Source: Acidobacteriota bacterium (GTDB lineage: Bacteria > Acidobacteriota > UBA890 > WLXD01). From it: a DNA stretch of 64,000 nucleotides. The position numbers and the translations under genes were made by a program. The notes under the pieces are model-generated. The model did not search any database. It was not told the origin of the DNA and was given only the letters and a program-made list of their open reading frames with translations. Shown piece by piece: positions 11,224-20,342 of this stretch. The number at the start of each line of letters is the position of its first letter. The stretch's first letter is position 1. The stretch is taken from the NCBI GenBank assembly GCA_963666055.2, contig CAXWPH010000015.1, forward strand, positions 544,001-608,000. Direction: 5' to 3'.

Positions 11224-11660
11224 GCCTGGCTCCTCCGTATATAGAGTTTCAACCCATCGACCCGCTCAACTACACCCCTGTCACCTCGGGCAAGAGCCTC
11301 TGCGCCTACGTTCTGCGCACCCCAGGAAGTGCCGCGAAGCTCAGCTCTGCCGTCGGCGCCGGGAGCGATGTCCTCGGCAACGACTACCGACTTGCCCACC
11401 AGCGAGTCGACATGCCCAGCATCGTCTTCAGTTCTTTCCAACCTTCGTAGAATCGGCCCGCGAAGCATGAGCAGGGACGCCACCGAGAGCACCGAGAACA
11501 CCGCCCACTGAAACCACACGGGGCCGCCGATACCGAGCGAGACCAGTACCCCCACGACGACAGCAGCGGCACCAAAGAAGAGCAGGATGATACCGCCCGG
11601 AACCATGACCTCGAGGGCCAGCAGCCCCAGCCCGACGAGTATCCAAATCCACCAATCCAT
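11220..11660 (-). CDS. NfeD family protein
   Basis: Hydrophobic N-terminus plus OB-fold GRAELRGTSWGA; coupled to the SPFH gene. Confidence 0.9.
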   Translation of the reverse strand: MDWWIWILVGLGLLALEVMVPGGIILLFFGAAAVVVGVLVSLGIGGPVWFQWAVFSVLSVASLLMLRGPILRRLERTEDDAGHVDSLVGKSVVVAEDIAPGADGRAELRGTSWGAQNVGAEALARGDRGVVERVDGLKLYIRRSQA

Positions 11661-11953
11661 GTCAGATCTCCTTTCGGCCGGCGAGCGTGAGAGTCTATAT
11701 GCATTTACTCGGAGGCACTCGGCCCGCGAACTTCAATCTGGCGCCGAGAGAAGCACAGAGGTGGTTTCGACGAGCTGAAGCGGCGTGTCGCCGAGCTGAC
11801 CCTGCCGAGCCCACTCCGGAGCTTCCCACCCGGCACCGGCCACAAGACAACCTGTCAGCAACACGGTCGATTGGACTCCCCGGCCACGCCAGAGCGCGGT
11901 TCGCAGGCGGGCACTCCGTGCTCGGCTAACGGGTTGCAGCCCGGTTCGCAAGG

Positions 11954-13171
11954 TCACTCATCGGGAGAGGACGCAACGCCCGCACCGCGCAATTTCACTC
12001 GTGTCTTGCTGCCGTTAGGGTCATTGGACACGATGACGACCTTGGCCCGCTGCAGCCCTGTCGCAGTGGGCTCGAAACGGACGCGGAAATCGCAGGACTG
12101 CTGAGGAGCCAAGACGGCGCTCGAGCAGGTGTCCTTGCGGGTCGGTAGGGCGAACTGCGATCGGCCGCCGCCAGTGAGCTTGATCGCGAAGATGTCGACA
12201 TCCTGGGGCGCTCGGTTGGTGACGGTGACCCTCTGCAACGAGCCCGCGCCAGTTTCGACATCCCCGAAGTCGAGCTTCGGCTCGACGGTCAGACCACCGG
12301 CAGTCTCGTCCTCGACCCACAGCGGATCGGCACTATCCGGGGCGCGCATCTCCCCGAGAAAGCCGTGGTTCTGGGCTGGCGACAGGTCTGCAAGAGCCTG
12401 TCCCGCACCCTCGTCGAATGCCCAATAGCCGACGAGGCCGGTCGAGAGAGGGTCCACCCCGAGGCTGTGGAACTCTGCGATCTCAGCGTCGGTGAGAGCT
12501 ACGTTCCACATGGCAGGCTCGTCGATCTGCCCGGGGAAGAACCAGGTGGGCGGTTCCACGCCTCCGGGAGGCGGGCCGATTGTCCCGAACGTGCAGCCGA
12601 TCGACAGGTCCTGGAAATTGTTCGACGAAGGCACGCCGGTTCCCTCACAACTCGCCCGCCTTTGTCCGTCTATGTAGAGAGCCAGGTCCGCCGATGATTC
12701 ACGCGCCACAGCCACGTGGTGCCAGGCGTCGTCGGCGACGAAAAGATCGCCAGTAACCGTACACGTGCCCGACGGAAAGCAGTCGTTCAGTGGATAGCAG
12801 TAGTTGTTCTCGCGCGTGTCCTCGAGCATGACTTCCAGAGTCCCGTCGCCGGTAACGTAGAGTTGCCAGCTCAGGTTGAACGAATTGTCGTCCTCCCCGC
12901 GAGCGATGACGGCTGCTCTGCCGCTGGGCTGTGTGAGCTTGATCCAGGCGCCGGCGGTGAAGACCTCGGTTGGGAACGAGGCGTCGTAGGGAACAATCGC
13001 GCGGTCATCGATCCCATCGAACTGCAGCGCTTTGGCGCGGTCCCGCGCGACCTTCCCGGTCACCAGAGCCGGGGCGTTCCCATGCGCCAACAGCACGATG
13101 GCGAGCAACATCGCCCAGTACGGCGAACGGTGCAGTGCGTGTCGTTGCCGGTGCAGTCGTCTACCCCACAT
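11954..13171 (-). CDS. Exported LamG-like jellyroll protein with C-terminal Ig-like (choice-of-anchor D/ASH) domain
   Basis: ALQFDGIDD, WHHVAV, LYIDG, GLVGYWAFDEG; LDFGDV..C..LAPQQSCDFRVRFEPT..SNDP. Confidence 0.8.
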   Translation of the reverse strand: MWGRRLHRQRHALHRSPYWAMLLAIVLLAHGNAPALVTGKVARDRAKALQFDGIDDRAIVPYDASFPTEVFTAGAWIKLTQPSGRAAVIARGEDDNSFNLSWQLYVTGDGTLEVMLEDTRENNYCYPLNDCFPSGTCTVTGDLFVADDAWHHVAVARESSADLALYIDGQRRASCEGTGVPSSNNFQDLSIGCTFGTIGPPPGGVEPPTWFFPGQIDEPAMWNVALTDAEIAEFHSLGVDPLSTGLVGYWAFDEGAGQALADLSPAQNHGFLGEMRAPDSADPLWVEDETAGGLTVEPKLDFGDVETGAGSLQRVTVTNRAPQDVDIFAIKLTGGGRSQFALPTRKDTCSSAVLAPQQSCDFRVRFEPTATGLQRAKVVIVSNDPNGSKTRVKLRGAGVASSPDE

Positions 13172-13174
13172 CGT

Positions 13175-14236
13175 CTACTCCACCACGAACTGACCCATCA
13201 TCCCGACGTCTTCGTGCTCGAGGATGTGGCAATGGAACATGTACGGGTTCAAGGGATCCGCGTAGTCGTGAAATCGCTTGATGATGCGCACGGTCTCGAA
13301 GGGGCGGACCAGCACCACGTCCTTCCAGCCGAGCTCACTTGCCGCCGGCAGCGCGCCGTCCCGCGACAGGACCTGGAACGAGTCGCCGTGTACGTGGAAC
13401 GGGTGGGCCTGTGTGTTGGGGTTGGTGATCTCCCAGATCTCGGTATCGCCAACGCGGATGCGTGCGTCGATGATCGCCATGTTCATCCGCTTGCCGTTGA
13501 TTCCGAAGGGGTTGGCGTTGAGCTCGAAAGGCCGTGGCCTCGCGGCGTTGACGGCTTCTGACTGCGGAATCCGATCGACGGGCGCCAGGCGCTCGGGAAC
13601 GTCGGTAACGGCGTCTCGCTTGGTGCGCTTGACTTTGATCGTGAGCAGATCGAAATCGGCGCTGTCCCAGGTATCCTGGAGCGGACGCGGCACCAACCGC
13701 GTGCCGTTCTCCGAATTGAAGCTGCGAAGCTTGATCTTCCGGCCTTTGTCGGCACCCAGGTCGACCAGGATCTCGGCCCGTTCCGCGGGTGCCAGGATCA
13801 GCCGCGACAAGGGCACCGGAGCGGCGAGGAATCCGCCGTCCGAGCCCACCTGATAGAAGATCCGCTCGTCACTGAAGCCGAGGTTGTAGATGCGCGCATT
13901 CGAGGCGTTCAGGAGGCGCAGACGAATCACCTGGGCGCCAACCTTCAGCAGTGGGGCCTCGACGCCGTTCACCAGAAAATGGCCGCCCTTGCGGAGCGCG
14001 GGATCGGTAGCGGGGTTCCAGTCGTCGGGGAAATGCATGAGGCGGCCGTCTTCGTGGAACCGTCGATCCTGGAGAATCAGCGGGATGTCATCGCCTCCGT
14101 AGGAGCGTGGCAACGCCAGCGTGTCCGAGGTGTCGTCCTCGACGATGAGCATGCCGGCGAGCCCCTGATAGACCTGGTAGCCAGTCCCCGTCGGATCCAT
14201 GAGCACCGACTGGCCCAGTCTTTCGGCCGCTTTCAC
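13175..14236 (-). pseudogene. Multicopper oxidase (CueO/SufI-like), N-terminally truncated
   Basis: Keeps HPFHVHG and HCHILEHEDVGMM; homology starts at QVYQGLAGMLIV; no signal peptide, HWHG or WYHPH. Confidence 0.7.
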
Positions 14237-14242
14237 CTCCAG

Positions 14243-15466
14243 CTACCGACCGGTCAGCAGCCGAATGGTTGCCGGACGCCCCTCGGCCGGCAGGAACATG
14301 CCAGCAAGAGCCACCACCGCCCCCAGTCCTCCAAGGGCCACCAGCACCCAGAAAAAGCCGCCAGTGAACCCGTGCAGCGACGCGACCATGGGCACGGCGA
14401 GCGATGCGAGGCCGAAGGCAAGGACGAACTTGACGCCGTAAACGGTGCCACGCCAGTCGGGCGGCGAATACCGCGCCAGAAGGACGTTTTCGACCGGAAT
14501 GCCCCCAGTTTGTAGAAAGACGGCGGCGGCCAAGACTGCTACCAGACCGTAGCCGCTCAGACCGGCCGCGACCAACAGCAATGGGGTGACGATCACGTAG
14601 ATTCCCACGTAGACGGGACGCGCCGTGTGGCGGTCTGCCAGATACCCGCCGAGCACATGGGCAGCGGCGGCGATGAGGTAGACGAGCGACACCAGGCCGC
14701 CGGCCCCGAGAGCGCTAAATTCGCCAGGCTGCAGCAACCGCTCGGCGAACAACTTGGGCATGACCACCGACAGCGCCTGGAACACCATGCCGCCGCACAG
14801 GATCGCGACGGCCAGCACCAAGAACACGCGTGATCGACCCTCGCTGGGCGCGCCCCGATCCAGCTCCTGCGCGTCGCGCTCTCGCGCCACAATGGTGCCG
14901 TCACGGATGTAACGCCAGAGCAACAGGCCGGTGATCGTGGAAACGCCTCCCGGAACTATGAACGCGGCGCGCCAGCTGATCAGGTCGGTGAGCAAACCGG
15001 CGATCAAGCTGGCCGAGGCAATTCCCACGCTGCCGAAGATCCCGTTGATGCCCAGCACCCGGCCGGGGCTCGCAGCGTTGCGGACCAGCCAAGCGATCCC
15101 GACCGGGTGATAGATGGACGCAAACAGCCCCATCAAGGCAAGGCCGAACCCGATGCTAACGGCGCTGCTCATCAAGCCGGTGAGAATCGAGGCAACACCG
15201 AGACCGACGAAGAACAGCACCATCATGCGCAGGGCGTCCCAGCGGTCGCCCAGCCAGCCGGCAGGCAGCGCGCCGAAGCCGAAGAGGACGTTCCCGGCCG
15301 TCAGCAGCGCTATCAGCTCCGCGTAGCTCATGCTCAACTCCGCCTCCAGGCCGAGCAGCGCGGTCGGATACAGCAGCATGAACAGGTGTGAAAAGCTGTG
15401 GCCGACGTTGGAGAAGCGCATCGACAGCTGTTCTGACGAGATCATGGCTGAGCCAGTCTGTATCAA
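14243..15466 (-). CDS. MFS transporter
   Basis: About 12 TM segments; PAGWLGDRW and GGYLADR motif A copies; SIYHPVG. Confidence 0.9.
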   Translation of the reverse strand: MIQTGSAMISSEQLSMRFSNVGHSFSHLFMLLYPTALLGLEAELSMSYAELIALLTAGNVLFGFGALPAGWLGDRWDALRMMVLFFVGLGVASILTGLMSSAVSIGFGLALMGLFASIYHPVGIAWLVRNAASPGRVLGINGIFGSVGIASASLIAGLLTDLISWRAAFIVPGGVSTITGLLLWRYIRDGTIVARERDAQELDRGAPSEGRSRVFLVLAVAILCGGMVFQALSVVMPKLFAERLLQPGEFSALGAGGLVSLVYLIAAAAHVLGGYLADRHTARPVYVGIYVIVTPLLLVAAGLSGYGLVAVLAAAVFLQTGGIPVENVLLARYSPPDWRGTVYGVKFVLAFGLASLAVPMVASLHGFTGGFFWVLVALGGLGAVVALAGMFLPAEGRPATIRLLTGR

Positions 15467-15512
15467 GTCAGCACCCGCGTCGAAGCCATGCTATCGCTGG
15501 GCATGTTGTCCC

Positions 15513-16250
15513 TCAGGGAACAATGATGCCGAAGTACACGAAGACAAGTCCGAGCGTGTCGTTGATCCCGTGCGCAAGGATCAGGGGCCAGAGGTTCCGT
15601 CTTGCCAAGAGGAATGCACCACCATAGACAGCACCGCCGATGCCAATAGATATGGCCTGCACTGGTCCCTGGTAAGCGTGGATGAGCCCAAAGCCAATCG
15701 CCTGAACGAGGACTGCCGCCACCCACGCCGCACGGGAAGCGCCTAGAGCCTCAGCGATCACCGTCAACAGGAAACCACGAAAGAAGAACTCTTCTCCGAA
15801 GGCTGCCAGCAGCCAAACGAGGGGCAGTATTGCCAGTAACAGGCCAAGGTTTCCCGGTAGATCTCGGAATCGATCAAGTTGCTGAGCTTCCCCGAAGGCA
15901 GCCACCAGAGCAGGCCTTGCCATTCCAATGGCAAGCGAATCGATGACCATCGTGCCGATCACCCACTTGAGCAATGAGCGCGATGGCCGAAAAACCCGCA
16001 GCCCAATGTGCACAAGGGGAATTTTCGTAGCCCACATCCAGATCATCAGGGCCAAGACCAGCAGAAAGCTCAACCAAGCGGTCTCTACCACCGGCATCAA
16101 CGACCAGCTTCGTGGGATCCACCCGGCGTACCGCACCAGGGCGAGCCCGAAATAGCCAGCAACAAACGACCCGGCACCGATACTTGGGAAGAGCTGCTGC
16201 TGCTTGTCCGTTCTGTGTGCCCTCTCGGTCAACTTGACTGCCTCTTGCAC
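15513..16250 (-). CDS. CPBP/Abi family intramembrane glutamic protease
   Basis: EEFFFRG, FGLIHAYQ, ILAHGIND motifs; start uncertain (GTG 16250 after AAGGAG). Confidence 0.85.
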   Translation of the reverse strand: MQEAVKLTERAHRTDKQQQLFPSIGAGSFVAGYFGLALVRYAGWIPRSWSLMPVVETAWLSFLLVLALMIWMWATKIPLVHIGLRVFRPSRSLLKWVIGTMVIDSLAIGMARPALVAAFGEAQQLDRFRDLPGNLGLLLAILPLVWLLAAFGEEFFFRGFLLTVIAEALGASRAAWVAAVLVQAIGFGLIHAYQGPVQAISIGIGGAVYGGAFLLARRNLWPLILAHGINDTLGLVFVYFGIIVP

Positions 16251-16292
16251 GGCACCATCTCCTTGTTGTCGTGGAGATCGTTGTCGCAAAAT

Positions 16293-16310
16293 TTACTACA
16301 TACGTAGTAA
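16293..16310. promoter_or_regulatory. Palindromic operator resembling a BlaI/MecI/CopY box
   Basis: TTACTAC-atac-GTAGTAA perfect 7-bp arms; core ACTACAtaCGTAGT is one mismatch from ACTACA-NN-TGTAGT. Confidence 0.5.
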
Positions 16311-16440
16311 TTCAGACTGCATAAGAAAGCCGGAACGGCACCGGATCGTGCCCTACGCATTGGGCTCGCACCGCATCGCCGACGTTGAGCTGCGCGGTCA
16401 TGCCGAGCGTGTGTGGGTGTGGAAGTGGGCTGTGGGCGCG

Positions 16441-16677
16441 TCATACGACGGCCGAACCCGACTGGGACGGAGTGTGGCAGGCAGCGTTGAGGACCGGGAC
16501 CTCGGTGGCGCGGGTGGCCGGATCGCCCCGCCGCGGCTCGTACTGGACGAAGTCCCCGGTTACCGAGGCGCCCTCCCACTCATCGACGCCGACGATGCCG
16601 TCGATGATCGGAGGGTAGCCCTCGACGTTCGACGCCGCCACACTCGCGGCCTTCGGCAAGGGAACCGCCGCAATCAT
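16441..16677 (-). pseudogene. N-terminal relic of a CBM9-like/DUF5916 protein
   Basis: PPIIDGIVGVDEWEGA..DFVQYEPRRGDPATRATEV; homology then stops. Confidence 0.55.
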
Positions 16678-16788
16678 GGCGATCAGACCGGAGGCCCGGA
16701 GGCGGTGTGGACCAGAGCACGCACAGCCGAAAGTCGCCGCCTGGAACGCTCCGACACCTCTGAAACGCAGGCTCCGTCGATGGTCTGG

Positions 16789-17066
16789 CTAGCAGGCCGT
16801 GGTGAAAGTGTGGTGAGTCTGGCGCAGGGTCTTGCGAAGTGGAGGCAAGGAGAGAGGAGGAGGCGATGGTTACCCCATCGTTGACGAGGAACGACGCAGC
16901 TTACGCGCGCAACCCCCTGTCGCCCGAAGGGTTACGGCGAGTTGGGGCCATTTGCGGTGTTGGCCTTCCTCGACGATGGCTAGGGCATCGCCTGTGTCAG
17001 GCCGCCTTGCATCTGGCCCCAACTCGCCGTAACCAGACCCACCACACTTTCACCACGGCCTGCTAG
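16789..17066 (+). mobile_element. MITE-like element copy A (278 bp)
   Basis: 34-bp TIR CTAGCAGGCCGTGGTGAAAGTGTGGTG(A/G)GTCTGG with 1 mismatch; CTAG at both ends; no transposase. Confidence 0.85.
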
Positions 17067-17428
17067 GGTGTGATCTCTACCAGGTGCATTCTTGTGAGCT
17101 CTGCTGCTCGGTGATCTGTCATTTCGATCAGTGCTTGAGTATGTATGAGTGGCCTTATTGAGCCACCTCTATAGGCACTAGAAATGACTTCTGCGTTCAA
17201 ATCGCGGAACTCTGTCCAAGCCTGCTGAGCAACCTCGAGTAGTTCTCTTCTGTCATTGTCCAAGGCTCCCGCTAGCTGCTCATACGCCTTGTTGAGGATG
17301 AAATCTGATGCGGACAAATGCTGACTTGCGGCTGTATTTAGATCGGTTTGCGTGAGGTCTTGCGAATGTATGATGCTTGGTGTGGCAAGACACAGGAGAC
17401 AAAGGGCGATATTCGTTCTTGCTGCCAT
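17063..17428 (-). CDS. LprI/DUF1311 family exported protein
   Basis: Signal peptide; TQTDLN..LNKAYEQL..L..AQQAWTEFRD..GGSIRP; lower GC. Confidence 0.8.
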   Translation of the reverse strand: MAARTNIALCLLCLATPSIIHSQDLTQTDLNTAASQHLSASDFILNKAYEQLAGALDNDRRELLEVAQQAWTEFRDLNAEVISSAYRGGSIRPLIHTQALIEMTDHRAAELTRMHLVEITP

Positions 17429-17665
17429 GACGGCTTTCTCCTCAAGCCATAGCGGTTTCCGCGCCCCAGTTGCCGGCCAACAGCATGCCATCCACGATCA
17501 TGGAGTAGGCGAACGGTCGGGCCACCTTCGGGCCCTTCGCTGACGCGGGCGGCGTCTGCCGGTCTGCAACGCCAGCGAGTACGTGTTCGGGCGATACTGT
17601 AGTTGAATTGCGAAGCTCGCTCGCAAACTTCCTGAGCTGAAACTCGTTCTGGGCAACCGCGGCGC

Positions 17666-19003
17666 TTACCGGCCCGCGCTTTTGAGTTGATACCAGAGAC
17701 TGAGCCCGTTATCACGGACCCCAGCAAACACCCGCTCGGAGTCGTTCCAGATCCGTCGGCTCGTCACATCAACGCCGGCACGGTCAGCGAACACGAGGGC
17801 AAACGCAACCGCGTACTGGGGCGGCATGCGCGAATCCTCGATGTCGCCGGCGATCGTCCGGTAGTCAAGATCCGAATCGGCGATCCAGACGGCCGCCTGC
17901 TCGACGGCATACGTCACGGACGGGTACAGCGTCGGCGAGTTGGCGACAGTGTAGGTGCCGACCTGGATCTGATACATCAGATCCTCGAGGCGTGGCTCCG
18001 TGCTCGGCGGAAGAATCTCGAGTGAGTCGCTCTTGTTCGAGATCCTGCGATCGCGCTGGCGACCGACGGTCCGCACCGTCCAGTCGCGCCAGTCGGCATC
18101 CGGGAGCACGACCCATCCATCGCGGCGAGCCACCATGTCCCTGGCACCGTCGTCGGATCGAAAATAGGCTCCGACCGGCGATGTCACGACAATCGACTGA
18201 CCACCGGTTCGCCTGATGCGAATCGTCACCGCTTCATTGCCGGCGCCAAACGCCTGAACCTCAACGAGACCGGCGTCGATGGCGTCGAACAGATCGAAGT
18301 CATCGAGTGACCCTCCTGTCGTGTCGTCGCTCGAGCGAAAGAAGAAGAGGTGCTGGCTTGGAAGAAAGTCGTGCAGCTCCGCCAACTCGAAGCCGGCAGC
18401 CTTCCACTCCAGCAGCACCTGGCGCACCGACATCCGGTGGTCGGCCTTGATCTGGTCTCCGGTGCCGTCCTCGACACGGTACTCGAGCAGTGCGACGCGC
18501 CCACCGGGCGAAAGCGCTCGACGGATGCTCGCCAGCATCGGCTCTGGATCGGACATCTCGTGATAGACGTCGGCGATGATCACCCAGTCAACTTCGCCGG
18601 CGGGAAGCTTCGGGTCGACGGGGGTGCCGAGAATGGCCTCAATGCCGGTGACGTTCTCATCGGCAGCCAGGCCCTTCATGATCTCGAGCATCTCTGGCTG
18701 GATGTCCTCGCAGTACACCGTTCCGCCCGGCCGTACCAACGGTGCCATCTGACGCGCGTAGTACCCTGAGCCGCACCCCACATCAGCCACCACGTCACCG
18801 GGGCTCAGGGCCATCGCCTCCAAGACGCGTTGCGGCTGTTCCTCGACCACCCGGTCCTCACGCTCGAGCCACTCCGCGCCGAGATAAGTCATGAATTCCG
18901 CCGGCACCCGATGACGTTCCTGGCGGTCGGTCTGCGCTTCGGCCGAATGGAAACCGGTGGCGATGCCCAGGAGAACGGCTAGCAGCATGGGACGGTTCTT
19001 CAA
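17666..19003 (-). CDS. Class I SAM-dependent methyltransferase with signal peptide and extra C-terminal domain
   Basis: GAEWLER..VADVGCGSGY..DIQPEML..DVYHE. Confidence 0.85.
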   Translation of the reverse strand: MKNRPMLLAVLLGIATGFHSAEAQTDRQERHRVPAEFMTYLGAEWLEREDRVVEEQPQRVLEAMALSPGDVVADVGCGSGYYARQMAPLVRPGGTVYCEDIQPEMLEIMKGLAADENVTGIEAILGTPVDPKLPAGEVDWVIIADVYHEMSDPEPMLASIRRALSPGGRVALLEYRVEDGTGDQIKADHRMSVRQVLLEWKAAGFELAELHDFLPSQHLFFFRSSDDTTGGSLDDFDLFDAIDAGLVEVQAFGAGNEAVTIRIRRTGGQSIVVTSPVGAYFRSDDGARDMVARRDGWVVLPDADWRDWTVRTVGRQRDRRISNKSDSLEILPPSTEPRLEDLMYQIQVGTYTVANSPTLYPSVTYAVEQAAVWIADSDLDYRTIAGDIEDSRMPPQYAVAFALVFADRAGVDVTSRRIWNDSERVFAGVRDNGLSLWYQLKSAGR

Positions 19004-19091
19004 GAGAGATCCCTCAGAGAGGAGCCTTCCTTCAGCCTACCATCGGGCACTATCAAGTCCCTCTATACTCCGCGTACGGCTACGCACGCGG

Positions 19092-20264
19092 TCAGGCATT
19101 CACGAAGAGCTTTCGCGGCAGGGTCGAGAAGCTCTCCGGTGCCCCGTCCTCGGTCACCCGGATCGTCTCGCTGAGCTCGAAGCCCCAGTTGTCCATCCAC
19201 ATCCCGAGGATCATGTGGAAGGTCATGTCGGGCTCCAGCACGGTGGTGTCGCCGGGGCGCAGGCTGGCGGTGTGCTCACCCCAGTCCGGCGGATAGCCGA
19301 TGCCGATCGAGTAGCCGATGCGCGACTCCTTCTCCAAGTCGGCCTTGGTGATCACCGCGCGCCAGGCGGCCTCCACCTGCTCGCACGTGGTACCCGGACG
19401 GGCCTTCTCGAGCGCCGCCTCCATGCCCTCCACGACCACGTCGGCAACCCGGGTGAGGCGGGGCGGCGGCGAGCCTAGGAATACGGTGCGAGCCAGCCCG
19501 GCGTGGTAGCGATGCCGGCAACCGGCGAGCTCGATATTGGTTGCCTCCCCCACCCTGAAGCGATTGTCCGTCCAGCTCAGGTGGGGGGCCGACGCCTTCT
19601 CGCCGGTCGGCATGAACAGCACGTGGCTGGGGAGATCGCCACCGGATTCCGGTGTGCCCGCAATCTCGGTGGCGTAGAAAATCGCTGCCGCGTCGCATTC
19701 GCGCACTCCCGGCTCGATGCGATCGATGACGGCTCGCATGGCGCGGTCCGCAATCGCGCCCGCCGCGCGCAGGTGCTCGATCTCACGCGGCGACTTGACC
19801 AATCGGACCCAGTTCACCAGCAGGTTGGCGTCGACGAAGGTGGCGTTGGGGAGACCCAGCCGAAGCTGCTCGTAGGCGCGGGCGGTAAAGAAGTAGCTGT
19901 CCATCTCCACACCGAGGCGGCGGTCGCCCCAGCCCTTGTCCGCCAGCACGCCGGCAATGAAGTCCATCTCGTGCCGCGCAGCCGATTGCACGTACTCCTC
20001 CGGATAGCCGACCAGGCTGTCGGAGCTCAGGAAGGCGGAGTGCCGAGCGCAGGCGACGTCCATCTGCCGGCCGATCCAGAGTGGCTCCGCCGCGTCCAGC
20101 GCCAGCGCTGTCAGCTGATGCACGTAGAACGACCAACCGTTGTAACCGATTAGGTAGTTCATGTTGGACGGATCGGTGACGAGCAACACCTCGATGCCCG
20201 CCGCCTCCATACGGCGCTTGGTCTCTTCGATGCGGCTCAGGTACTCGTGCGTCTCGAAGGGCAT
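19092..20264 (-). CDS. M24 family hydrolase, ectoine hydrolase DoeA/EutD-like
   Basis: DPSNMNY..GWSFYVHQ..LVNWVRLVKS..RIGYSIGIGYPPDWGEHTASLRPGD; start MPFETHEY chosen (alternative 20342). Confidence 0.8.
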   Translation of the reverse strand: MPFETHEYLSRIEETKRRMEAAGIEVLLVTDPSNMNYLIGYNGWSFYVHQLTALALDAAEPLWIGRQMDVACARHSAFLSSDSLVGYPEEYVQSAARHEMDFIAGVLADKGWGDRRLGVEMDSYFFTARAYEQLRLGLPNATFVDANLLVNWVRLVKSPREIEHLRAAGAIADRAMRAVIDRIEPGVRECDAAAIFYATEIAGTPESGGDLPSHVLFMPTGEKASAPHLSWTDNRFRVGEATNIELAGCRHRYHAGLARTVFLGSPPPRLTRVADVVVEGMEAALEKARPGTTCEQVEAAWRAVITKADLEKESRIGYSIGIGYPPDWGEHTASLRPGDTTVLEPDMTFHMILGMWMDNWGFELSETIRVTEDGAPESFSTLPRKLFVNA

Positions 20265-20342
20265 CTTCGAACTTCCGTCTGCTGGCTCGTCGATTGTCGT
20301 GACGGCGGCCGGAGGGAGCCCCCGGAAGTAGCGGGCAGACAT

